Shown here in pieces: positions 16,967-25,857 of a stretch of DNA of 60,004 nt. The number at the start of each line of letters is the position of its first letter. Position 1 is the first letter of the stretch. A program made the position numbers and the translations under genes. The DNA lies in NCBI GenBank assembly GCA_034717915.1, contig JAYEME010000162.1:5868-65871 (forward strand), read 5' to 3'. Source of the stretch: Thermodesulfobacteriota bacterium (GTDB taxonomy: Bacteria; Desulfobacterota; Desulfuromonadia; Desulfuromonadales; Geopsychrobacteraceae). Below the pieces are notes generated by a model. That model was given only the letters and a program-made list of their open reading frames with translations. It did not search any database and was not told the DNA's origin.

Positions 16967-18178
16967 TTGGAACATTTCATCGCTCGACAGCCGATTTTTG
17001 ATACCAAAGGCCGAGTCTACGCGTACGAATTACTATTTCGTTCTGGACTGCAGAATTATTTTGATTGTGACGATCAGGATCATGCTGCTGCCAGTGTTAT
17101 TGCTAACAGCAATCTACTCTTTGATCTGGAGGAAATGACTGGCGGTACCAAAGCTTTCATCAACTGTACCCGCAAGGTTCTGCTGGAAGATTTGATGGAA
17201 ACCCTGCCCCGCCAGCTGGCAGTCGTTGAGGTTCTGGAGGACGTTAAGCCCGATGACGCTATCATTGCCGCCTGTCAACGGCTGAAAAATCAGGGCTATA
17301 TCCTGGCACTGGATGACTTTGTCTACCATGAAAACTTCGAACCGCTCCTGGATCTGGCCGACATTATCAAAGTCGATTTTCTCCTCAGTAGTGTTGAAGA
17401 ACAGGAGCAGCTGGCAAAGACGATGATTCCGCGCGGGATCAAAATGCTGGCCGAAAAAGTTGAAACCCACGAAGTTTATGAACACGCAAAAAAAATGGGC
17501 TATCAATTGTTCCAGGGATATTTCTTTGCCAAACCGATTATTATCTCGCGTAAAGATATTCCAACCAATAAAGTCCAATTTTTACGGATTCTTAAAGACA
17601 TCCATGCACAAGAAGTCGATTTTAAAAAACTGGCACTAACAATTCAAAGTGAGGTTTCTCTCTCCTATAAACTGCTTAAATTGATTAACTCTGCCGCCTT
17701 TGCCTTGCGCCACAAGGTTACTTCAATTTTGCAGGCACTCTCACTACTCGGCCTGCGGGAAATTCGCTCCTGGGTTTCTCTTCTGTCGATTGCATCGATG
17801 GCGGATGATAAACCGGCGGAACTGGTTGTCAGTTCTCTTATTCGGGCACGGCTCTGCGAACAATTGGCGCAACCCTGCAAAATGGGTGATCGACAATCAA
17901 GTATGTTCCTGATGGGACTATTTTCACTGCTGGATGCCATCATGTCACGTCCGATCGACGAAATCCTGCAGGAAATCACCGTAGAAAAAGATATTATGGA
18001 GGCTCTGACAGGAACTCCGGGAACACTCCGAGCTATTTTAGACCTGGTTGTCGCTATGGAAAAAGGGGAGTGGGAACAAGTTTCAAGCCTGGCGGCAGAA
18101 CTCCAAATTGAGGAACAATCACTTTCCACAACATATCTTGATGCCGTCAAATGGGCACAGGATATTTATTCCATGTAA
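16967..18178 (+). CDS. EAL-HDOD protein (YuxH/PdeH-like c-di-GMP phosphodiesterase)
   Basis: ARQPI, YELLFR, LALDDF, KVD, AEKVET, QGYFFAKP, then HDOD (SYKLLKLINSA). TTG start at 16967 after GAGGA. Confidence 0.9.
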   Translation: MEHFIARQPIFDTKGRVYAYELLFRSGLQNYFDCDDQDHAAASVIANSNLLFDLEEMTGGTKAFINCTRKVLLEDLMETLPRQLAVVEVLEDVKPDDAIIAACQRLKNQGYILALDDFVYHENFEPLLDLADIIKVDFLLSSVEEQEQLAKTMIPRGIKMLAEKVETHEVYEHAKKMGYQLFQGYFFAKPIIISRKDIPTNKVQFLRILKDIHAQEVDFKKLALTIQSEVSLSYKLLKLINSAAFALRHKVTSILQALSLLGLREIRSWVSLLSIASMADDKPAELVVSSLIRARLCEQLAQPCKMGDRQSSMFLMGLFSLLDAIMSRPIDEILQEITVEKDIMEALTGTPGTLRAILDLVVAMEKGEWEQVSSLAAELQIEEQSLSTTYLDAVKWAQDIYSM

Positions 18179-18202
18179 ACCGATTCATGAGATAAAAAAG
18201 CT

Positions 18203-18598
18203 ATGATTGAAAAAATCTATCGCTCAGATCAAGAATGGCAACAGCAGCTAACCCCCGAAGCTTATTCAGTGGCACGTGAAGCAGGAACCGAACCCGCTTT
18301 TACTGGATGCTATTGGGATCACCATGAAAAAGGAATCTATGGTTGTATCTGCTGCGGACTGAAATTGTTTCATTCTGACTGTAAATTTGATTCAGGAACA
18401 GGTTGGCCGAGCTTCTATCAACCAATTGTGGAAGAAAATATTGCCAAGCAGGAAGATCGCAGTCTGTTCCGCGTTCGCACAGAAGCCCTTTGTGCACGCT
18501 GTGATGCCCATTTAGGGCATATATTCCCCGATGGGCCACAACCAACCAAGCTGCGTTATTGCATCAATTCAGCAGCTCTTGATTTTACCCCCGAATAA
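18203..18598 (+). CDS. msrB: Peptide methionine (R)-sulfoxide reductase
   Basis: GTEPAFTG, KFDSGTGWPSF, HLGHIFPDGP, RYCINSAAL. Confidence 0.97.
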   Translation: MIEKIYRSDQEWQQQLTPEAYSVAREAGTEPAFTGCYWDHHEKGIYGCICCGLKLFHSDCKFDSGTGWPSFYQPIVEENIAKQEDRSLFRVRTEALCARCDAHLGHIFPDGPQPTKLRYCINSAALDFTPE

Positions 18599-18674
18599 AT
18601 CCAATTGCACATAAAGATAATTGACAGGCTCTTTGTGGCAAGGTACAACAGACGCCTTTTCTCAAGGAGACCAG

Positions 18675-19097
18675 ATGACTATCAAGCAACTTTCTGCGGG
18701 TGATCATATCACCTCAAAATGTACAAAATGCAAAGATACAACGAACCATACAATCGTTGCCATGGTTGGCGATAAAGTCGCCAAGGTGGAATGCAACACC
18801 TGCGGTGGAATTCACAATTATCGGAGTGTGGTCACAAAAAAAACCACAACAAGAAGTAAAGCCAGCAGTAGCAAACCAGCAAAGACCAGTCGAATAGAAA
18901 AAGAGTGGGGAAATCTGGTCAATGAAACAGATTCAGCTGCTGCCACTCCCTACAACACCCAGATGTCGATCACAAATGGAGATTTAATTCAGCACCCAAG
19001 CTTTGGCCTTGGACGCGTCATCAACACCATCAAACCAGATAAAATGGAAGTTGTTTTCAGCACCGGAACCAAACTGTTGCGCTGCATTGTAAAATAG
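18675..19097 (+). CDS. Conserved hypothetical Zn-ribbon protein
   Basis: CTKCK...HTI...CNTCGGIH, plus C-terminal HPSFGLGRV (SH3/Tudor-like); ATG at 18675 after AAGGAG. Confidence 0.8.
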   Translation: MTIKQLSAGDHITSKCTKCKDTTNHTIVAMVGDKVAKVECNTCGGIHNYRSVVTKKTTTRSKASSSKPAKTSRIEKEWGNLVNETDSAAATPYNTQMSITNGDLIQHPSFGLGRVINTIKPDKMEVVFSTGTKLLRCIVK

Positions 19098-19181
19098 TTT
19101 CCTGCTGGAAAGAATTGACAAGCCCACGCACTTCCTGTTTATTGTTGACGGAGTTTCTCTACAATCATTCACCAGGGATCA

Positions 19182-20234
19182 ATGGCGATGCCTAAATCTG
19201 AACATAAAAGTGCTGGACTCATTCTCACTCTGGCCGCATTGATTATCATCATTGCCGGAATTAAAACCGCCCAGGCTCTTCTGGTTCCATTTCTCCTCGC
19301 TTTTTTTATTTCCATCATCTGTGCCGGTCCCTTCTACTGGCTGCAACAGCACAAAATCCCCGCTCCTATCGCGTTAATACTGGTGATTTCTGTGGTCATG
19401 CTTGGGGGATTCATCATATTGACTCTGATCGGCACATCGGTCAACGATTTCACCAATGAACTCCCCGTCTATCAGGAAAAGTTGCGTGCACAGACCCTGA
19501 TGCTGTTTGACTGGCTGGAAAAAATCGGGGTCAAACTTTCAAAAGAGGTTCTGCTGGAGCACTTTAACCCGGGCAAAATTATGCAATCGGCAGCCAGTAT
19601 GCTAGCGGCGGCGGGGGGAGTCCTGACCAACTCTTTTTTGATTCTACTCACGGTGATTTTTATCCTTTTTGAAGCTGCCGGCATGCCGAATAAATTACGC
19701 GCAGCACTCCCGGATGCCGAATCATCCCTGGCTACCTTTGAAAAATTTATTACCGGTGTCCGTCAATATCTGGCGATTAAAACCCTGGTCAGTTTGGGCA
19801 CCGGGTTGGTCGTCACTATCGGGCTACTTTTACTCGGTCTGGACTATGCACCGCTGTGGGGAATGATTGCTTTTTTGCTCAACTATGTTCCAAATATCGG
19901 TTCAATCATTGCGGCAGTACCAGCCGTTCTTCTAGCTCTCGTGCAATTAGGTCCGATCTCTTCCTTACTGGTTGCGGCTCTTTATCTGGCAACCAATGTC
20001 ATTATGGGCAATGCTGTTGAACCCCGTATGATGGGACAAAAGCTTGGGCTTTCAGCGCTGGTCGTCTTCATCTCTTTAGTTTTCTGGGGCTGGGTTCTCG
20101 GCCCAGTCGGTATGCTCCTTTCGGTTCCATTGACGATGGTTGTCAAGATTGCCTTGGAAGTCAATGAGTCGACCCGCTGGATGGCGATCCTGCTCAGCTC
20201 TGATGCCGCGGCCGAAGCAATCGCCAAAGATTGA
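19182..20234 (+). CDS. AI-2E family transporter
   Basis: YL.IKTLVS, LNYVPNIG, EPRMMG..LGLS, FWGWVLG..GMLLSVPLT. Confidence 0.92.
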   Translation: MAMPKSEHKSAGLILTLAALIIIIAGIKTAQALLVPFLLAFFISIICAGPFYWLQQHKIPAPIALILVISVVMLGGFIILTLIGTSVNDFTNELPVYQEKLRAQTLMLFDWLEKIGVKLSKEVLLEHFNPGKIMQSAASMLAAAGGVLTNSFLILLTVIFILFEAAGMPNKLRAALPDAESSLATFEKFITGVRQYLAIKTLVSLGTGLVVTIGLLLLGLDYAPLWGMIAFLLNYVPNIGSIIAAVPAVLLALVQLGPISSLLVAALYLATNVIMGNAVEPRMMGQKLGLSALVVFISLVFWGWVLGPVGMLLSVPLTMVVKIALEVNESTRWMAILLSSDAAAEAIAKD

Positions 20235-20250
20235 TGGCGTTCATTCCAAA

Positions 20251-20369
20251 ATAAATGGTAACAAAGCCGGGACTCTCCCCGCATGGGGGCTGTCCCAGGG
20301 TTTTGCGGTGTAAACCTCCACAGTTTCATAACACGTAAACTTTTGGGATCTCCAAGGTTTACGACAAAA
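20251..20369. repeat. Dispersed intergenic element, copy 1 (right palindromic arm lost)
   Basis: Aligns by eye with 44988-45129: CCGGGACTCTCCCCGCATGGGGGCTGTCCCAGG.TTTTGCGGTG...CCACAGTT.CAT...CGTAAACT.TTGGGA...GTTTAC.ACAAAA. Confidence 0.8.
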
Positions 20370-20401
20370 ATATCCACTCCTGATTATTTCTGGAGGCTCC
20401 T

Positions 20402-21475
20402 TTGCTCTACAGACCTTTTGGGAAAACCGACAAAAATGTTTCCGTGATCAGTTTTGGTGGAATGCGTTTTTCCGACCCGCAAAATCTGGAAAAAAGTTCA
20501 GATCTCCTCCTCTACGCACAGAGCAAAGGGATCAATTATTTTGACACTGCTCCGATCTACTGTGGTGATCGAAGTGAGGATATCTTCGGGCATGCCTTGC
20601 GCCAGTTGCCGCGAGAGAGTTTTTATGTTTCAACAAAGAGCAGTCGGGCAAAGGGGGATGACCTGCGCAAAGGTATTGAGCGCAGTCTGCAACGATTGGG
20701 AGTTGAGCAGATTGATTTCTTCTATATCTGGCATCTGATGAATCAGGCCGATTGGGAGAAACGGAAACAGGGCGGAGCTGTGGAAGCGGCATTACAGGCT
20801 AAAGAGGAGGGATTGATCGGTCACCTGCTCTGTTCCTCGCACATGGAGGGAGAAGGTATTACCGAAGTTCTCGATGAGGAGATATTTGAGGGGGTTTTAC
20901 TCGGTTACAATGCCATCAACTTTCCCTACCGCCGCTCCGCTGTGGAACAAGCAGGTCAACAAGGAATTGGCGTTGTCACCATGAACCCTCTGGGTGGTGG
21001 CATGATTCCACAGAATCCGGAACGCTTTGCCTTTCTCAAAACCGATACAGCCAACGATGTTGTCAGCGCAGCATTACAATTCAACTTGTCTCACCCTGAC
21101 ATAACCACAGCATTGGTTGGATTTTCGGATACTCAAGAAATTGACCAGGCCGTGAGTGCTGCAGAAACCTTTGTCCCCTACAGTCTGGAGCAACAACAAA
21201 AACTGCTGGTCCATATCGAAACCGCCTTTGACGGGCTCTGTACTGGCTGCGGCTATTGTCTCCCCTGCCCCGTAAACATCCCGATTCCAAAGTATCTGGA
21301 CAGTTACAATCAGTTGATTCTGACAGACGGTGATCGTCAGGCAGTGCTGGATCGTTATCGACTGCACTGGGGCATCACCCCGCAACAGGCAAAAGAATGT
21401 ATCAGCTGCGGTGATTGCGAAGAACGTTGTACCCAGCACCTACCGATTATTCAGAGGCTGGCAGAACTGCCTTAA
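20402..21475 (+). CDS. Aldo/keto reductase with C-terminal 4Fe-4S dicluster domain
   Basis: GGMRF, YFDTA, STK, MNPLGGG; CTGCGYCLPCP and CISCGDCEERC; TTG start after GGAGG. Confidence 0.92.
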   Translation: MLYRPFGKTDKNVSVISFGGMRFSDPQNLEKSSDLLLYAQSKGINYFDTAPIYCGDRSEDIFGHALRQLPRESFYVSTKSSRAKGDDLRKGIERSLQRLGVEQIDFFYIWHLMNQADWEKRKQGGAVEAALQAKEEGLIGHLLCSSHMEGEGITEVLDEEIFEGVLLGYNAINFPYRRSAVEQAGQQGIGVVTMNPLGGGMIPQNPERFAFLKTDTANDVVSAALQFNLSHPDITTALVGFSDTQEIDQAVSAAETFVPYSLEQQQKLLVHIETAFDGLCTGCGYCLPCPVNIPIPKYLDSYNQLILTDGDRQAVLDRYRLHWGITPQQAKECISCGDCEERCTQHLPIIQRLAELP

Positions 21476-21586
21476 CTAGATAGACATACGACCCCCGGAA
21501 CTCTGTCCGAACTCCCGCTGCCAAAATATCAACATTCTCCTCACTCATCACACAATATTTGTCTCAAGGTGGGCTTTGTGTTCAAT

Positions 21587-21615
21587 TTGACAACCAGACC
21601 AGACCAGACTATATT
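21587..21615 (+). promoter_or_regulatory. Sigma70 promoter of the TA operon, with a spacer made of ACCAG tandem repeats
   Basis: TTGACA-ACCAGACCAGACCAGAC(17 nt)-TATATT. Confidence 0.75.
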
Positions 21616-21648
21616 ATTTGTAGCGACATATTGCCAAAGGAGTGACCT

Positions 21649-21909
21649 ATGCAACTTACTAATATTTCAGATGCAAAGGCCTGTTTATCCCGCCTGATAA
21701 AGACAGTTCAAGAAACAGGTGAGCCTGTCATAATCGGAAAAGCCGGGGAGCCTGTAGCTGTACTTTCTGCATATAAAAGAGAGACTGCACCCCGCAAACT
21801 CGGTGGAAGTTGGGAAGGAAAAGTCAGCTATTCTGCCGATTTTGATGAAGCAGATGAAGAAATTAGTGAACGTTTTTACAATTCCGCTATTTTTCAGGAT
21901 AAGTCATGA
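21649..21909 (+). CDS. Phd/YefM-family antitoxin
   Basis: NISDAKACLSRLI...GEPVIIGKAGEPVAVL...RKLGG. Confidence 0.9.
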   Translation: MQLTNISDAKACLSRLIKTVQETGEPVIIGKAGEPVAVLSAYKRETAPRKLGGSWEGKVSYSADFDEADEEISERFYNSAIFQDKS

Positions 21910-22283
21910 ATATCCTCCTGGATACTCATGTTCTTATCTGGGCACTGGAGAACAATTCTACCCTGTCGGATAGTGCCCGAAGCAATATCATCATGGGTAA
22001 AAATATGGTTTTTGTCAGTTCGGTTTCAATCTGGGAGATTGGAATTAAAATCAATCTTGGCAAACTTCAAGTTCCCGGCAATCTACAGGAAGAGATCAAG
22101 TTGCACCGGTTCACCCCCCTTAATATTACTCATGACCATGCTGAACTTGCAGCCAGATTGCCACCTTTCCACAAAGACCCTTTTGATCGTATGCTGATTG
22201 CCCAAGCCATGATTGAAAAGCTCACATTGGTGACACGAGATGAGTGGATTAGCAAATATGATGTGGATGTTTTGCTGGCTTGA
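21906..22283 (+). CDS. vapC: VapC/PIN-domain toxin
   Basis: LLDTHVLIW, SSVSIWEIGIK, HKDPFDRMLIAQA, LVTRD; ATGA overlap with the antitoxin. Confidence 0.93.
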   Translation: MNILLDTHVLIWALENNSTLSDSARSNIIMGKNMVFVSSVSIWEIGIKINLGKLQVPGNLQEEIKLHRFTPLNITHDHAELAARLPPFHKDPFDRMLIAQAMIEKLTLVTRDEWISKYDVDVLLA

Positions 22284-22570
22284 GCACCATATCCAGCATC
22301 TACCGATTATACAAAGACTGGAAAAACTGCCGTAATAGATAAATAAACTATCCCCCGAACTCCCCCAAAATATGGAAATAACAGCAGCGTCCCATAAAAT
22401 TAAAAAGCCACCCGACTAACCTCAATAAGGCTAGGACAAGTGGTTTAATACATAGATCGATATTCCTTGGCTCAAGGCATTGCCCCTCCTAAAAACTACT
22501 GTTAATTTATATAGTTACAATTTTCTGGTCAAGTGATTTTTTTGTGCTAGTTGCAAGACAACCTTCCTCG

Positions 22571-22600
22571 TTGACAACCGTTTCAAACAAGTGTTTAAAT
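22571..22600 (+). promoter_or_regulatory. Promoter with PsrA-type operator
   Basis: TTGACA at 22571; CAAAC-AAGT-GTTT at 22584-22596 resembles the CAAAC-N2-4-GTTTG PsrA box. Confidence 0.6.
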
Positions 22601-22636
22601 AAAGAATCTTTTCCTTTATTCGCTGAAAGACACCCT

Positions 22637-23272
22637 ATGCAGCAATGTGGTACTAAAACCCGAATTCTGGATGGTGCTGAGCAATTATTTGCCCGCGAGG
22701 GATTTCATAATACGTCACTCAGAGCTCTGACCAGTCTGGCTGAAGCAAACCTGGCCTCGGTCAACTATCACTTTGGCTCTAAAGATGCCTTGCTTCAGGC
22801 GGTGATAGAACGTCGCCTACTTCCCTTGAATCAAATCCGTGGAGCCAAAATCAAAGAAGTGCTTGCTCAGGCGCAGGAAGATCAGCTTCCTCCAACAGCA
22901 GATGCTTTATTGAGGGCTTTTATTGAACCAACTCTTAAATTCCGTAATTCCAGCCCGGGAGCCCGGGATTTTATCTCTTTAATCGGGCGTTCTTTGAGTG
23001 AACCGGATGAAACTGTCCGTAACTGTTTTCTGAGTCTCGTGTTGCCAATTTTTCAGGAGTTGTTTGCAGGTTTGCGTGAAGCGTTACCGCAACTTGCCCC
23101 GGCCATTCTGCTGACGCGGCTCCAGTTTATCATGGGGATCATGAGCCATGTCATGTGCATGGGCACTCTCTCTGCTTTTAACAATCCAGCACTGCCGCCA
23201 CCTCTGGATCAAGAGACCCTGATTGATCAATTATTGAAGTATGCTCTCGCCGGGCTGGAGGCACCAGAATGA
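22637..23272 (+). CDS. TetR-family regulator (PsrA-like)
   Basis: RILDGAEQLFAREGF..TSLR.LT..A.ANLASVNYHFGSK; ATG at 22637 preferred. Confidence 0.9.
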   Translation: MQQCGTKTRILDGAEQLFAREGFHNTSLRALTSLAEANLASVNYHFGSKDALLQAVIERRLLPLNQIRGAKIKEVLAQAQEDQLPPTADALLRAFIEPTLKFRNSSPGARDFISLIGRSLSEPDETVRNCFLSLVLPIFQELFAGLREALPQLAPAILLTRLQFIMGIMSHVMCMGTLSAFNNPALPPPLDQETLIDQLLKYALAGLEAPE

Positions 23273-24672
23273 GACTGTTATTCCTTTCCCTGTTACTGCT
23301 CACGGCCTGTAATCCGCTCCGACCGGCACAACTCAAACTACCTGATCCACCTGGGCACTATGCGACGGAACAAACCGGGGAGGTGGTTCAATTATCGGAA
23401 CGCTGGTGGGAAAACTTCCACGATCCGCAGTTAAATCAGCTGCAGCAACAATTATTTTCCAACAATCTCGACCTGCGTCAGGCTCTGTATCGACTGCAGC
23501 AACTGGAAGCACTACAAAAGATGACCGGAGCCAGTCTCTGGCCAATGCTGAACCTGAATGGTTCATTCAGCCGTGACCATTCAGTGGGAATCCCCAGCGA
23601 TTCGACTGCAACAAATTCACGTCTTTCAATTGCTGCAGGATATGAAATTGACCTGTGGAACAAACTCAGGGATAAAAATAAAGCGGCTGAATTACGACAA
23701 CAGGCAGGAGAAAGGGAGGTTCAAGCGTTACTGCTCAGTTTGAGTGCACAATTGACTGAGCAATATTTCATTGCCGTGGAACAGCGTGCCCACTTGGAAT
23801 TGCTCAAACAACAGACAGCTCGCAAAAATGAGTTTCTGCTGACAGTGACAGAACGCTACCGGGTCGGATTGTCAACTGCCACTGAGGTCTATCAGGCACA
23901 ACAGAATCTGGCCATCGTGGCGACCCTGATTCCGGATCGTCGAACCGCCCTGATCCGGGCAGAAAACAGTATTGCCTTGCTCCTCGGACAGCTGCCCGGA
24001 AGTATTTTAATCGCCGGGAATAATCTGCCAGAGTTAATCGATGTTGTTGATATTGGTCTGCCAGCAGACCTGTTATTGCGCCGCCCCGATGTCGCAGCGG
24101 CACAACTGCAACTTGAAGCAGTCGATCTGGAATTAGCGGCGGCACTGGCGGAGAAACTTCCGGCAATCAATCTTTCGGCAACTCTAGGACGTTCGGTCAC
24201 CCATCTGGCTGCTGGTGATATTGAGGGAACCTTTTGGAATCTGGCTCTCGGTCTAGCGCAACCACTGGTTGACGGTGGTCGTCGCCAAGCCGAAACTGAG
24301 CGGCAGGAGGCTATTCGCGCAGAAAAATCGGCAGCGTATCGACAAACACTACTGACGGCATTTCAAGAAGTGGAAAGTGCACTCATTGCAGAGACAAACA
24401 GTGCTGACAAAGCAACCAGGCTGGAACGACAACGGCAGATTAACCATAAAAACCTGCAATCAACTCAAAATAATTATCTTAACGGTTTAACCGATAGCAG
24501 GGATTTATTGCTCAGTCAGATCAAGCAATTAGAAATTCTCAGTCAACAACTGAACAACCACCGTCAACAGCTTAGCAACCGGATTACCCTGGCACGAGCA
24601 CTGGGCGGAAGTTGGATGGCTGAAGAGATCAATCAACAGCAAAAAATCCTCAATCAAGACGGGAACAAATAA
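23269..24672 (+). CDS. RND efflux outer-membrane lipoprotein (NodT/OprM family)
   Basis: LLLTAC lipobox, WWENFHDPQL, YEIDLW, GLPADLLLRRPDV, ALGGSW. Confidence 0.93.
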   Translation: MRLLFLSLLLLTACNPLRPAQLKLPDPPGHYATEQTGEVVQLSERWWENFHDPQLNQLQQQLFSNNLDLRQALYRLQQLEALQKMTGASLWPMLNLNGSFSRDHSVGIPSDSTATNSRLSIAAGYEIDLWNKLRDKNKAAELRQQAGEREVQALLLSLSAQLTEQYFIAVEQRAHLELLKQQTARKNEFLLTVTERYRVGLSTATEVYQAQQNLAIVATLIPDRRTALIRAENSIALLLGQLPGSILIAGNNLPELIDVVDIGLPADLLLRRPDVAAAQLQLEAVDLELAAALAEKLPAINLSATLGRSVTHLAAGDIEGTFWNLALGLAQPLVDGGRRQAETERQEAIRAEKSAAYRQTLLTAFQEVESALIAETNSADKATRLERQRQINHKNLQSTQNNYLNGLTDSRDLLLSQIKQLEILSQQLNNHRQQLSNRITLARALGGSWMAEEINQQQKILNQDGNK

Positions 24673-25857
24673 ATGACTGCACCAAAAAAGAAATCACAAC
24701 TGGCATTGAAAATAATTCTGCCACTACTGATCCTGATCATTGGCTTTTTCGGCTTCAAGATGATGGGGAAACTGAAAAAAATTCCACAACGACAACAGCC
24801 GATTCAACAGGGAGTTCTGGTCGATGTTGTTGAACTCAAAGCGATAAACCACCAGGTGAAGGTTCACGCGACCGGGACAGTGCAGGCCGAACAGGAAATT
24901 GCCCTGGTACCTGAAGTCAGTGGTAAAGTCATCTGGATATCACCACGCTTGGTCACTGGCGGGATGTTCAGAAAAGGAGAACTTTTACTGAAGATTGAGT
25001 CCATTGACTTTAAACTTGCGACAGAAAAAGCTCGTGCTGAGATTGCCCAGGTTCAAGTTGCGATGGCAACGGAACAGGAACGTGCCAAGGTGGCACTGGC
25101 TGAATGGGATCGGATTGATATTATCAATAAAGGGAAACCCGGACCACTGGTGACCCGGGAAATCCAATTGCGACAGCAGCAGGCTAATCTGGCTGCAGCA
25201 AAGGCAAATCTGCAACAGACCCAACTCAACCTGCGGCGCACCGAGATAAAAGCTCCATTTAATGGTCGTGTCCGCAAAGAGCAAGTTGACCTGGGACAAT
25301 ATTTGCGGGCGGGAACCAGTATCGGCACCTTTGCCGGAACCGACCAGGCTGAAATCCACATCCCGTTGCCAGCAAGAGAACTAAGTTGGCTGATAATTCC
25401 ATCAGCAACGCAAAAACAAGGATCGCCTGCCATCATCCATCTGCCGGGGAACAACATTACCCGACAAGGAAAGCTGGTTCGTGGGCTTGGTGAAATTGAT
25501 CCAAATAGTCGCATGGCAACTGTCGTCGTTAGGGTTGAAGATCCCTACCAATTGCAAAAAAACACAACCCAAGCCACCTTGCCCAATGGTCTGCTTGTTG
25601 ACATCGAACTGCATGGTGAAGTATTTGCGGATATTATCAGCATCCCGCGCAAAACACTCCATTCGGGTGATCTGGTCTGGATTGCCGACGGGGAGAATCG
25701 TTTAAGTTTACGCCCAGTTGAAGTTCTACGCCGGGAAAAACAGCTAATACTGATCAAAGATGGCATCCAGGCCGGTGAGAAGCTGATCTTAACCGCCCTC
25801 TCAGGAGCCGCCGAAGGCACATTGCTACGACCAGTGCTACAGGAGAACCCGAAATGA
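24673..25857 (+). CDS. RND efflux periplasmic adaptor subunit
   Basis: N-terminal TM, EVSGKV, coiled coil, IKAPFNG. Confidence 0.93.
   Translation: MTAPKKKSQLALKIILPLLILIIGFFGFKMMGKLKKIPQRQQPIQQGVLVDVVELKAINHQVKVHATGTVQAEQEIALVPEVSGKVIWISPRLVTGGMFRKGELLLKIESIDFKLATEKARAEIAQVQVAMATEQERAKVALAEWDRIDIINKGKPGPLVTREIQLRQQQANLAAAKANLQQTQLNLRRTEIKAPFNGRVRKEQVDLGQYLRAGTSIGTFAGTDQAEIHIPLPARELSWLIIPSATQKQGSPAIIHLPGNNITRQGKLVRGLGEIDPNSRMATVVVRVEDPYQLQKNTTQATLPNGLLVDIELHGEVFADIISIPRKTLHSGDLVWIADGENRLSLRPVEVLRREKQLILIKDGIQAGEKLILTALSGAAEGTLLRPVLQENPK

Noticed and set aside
22405-22445. Imperfect hairpin after vapC as an att site or tRNA remnant
   Set aside because: No tRNA-like sequence or integrase; at most a weak terminator
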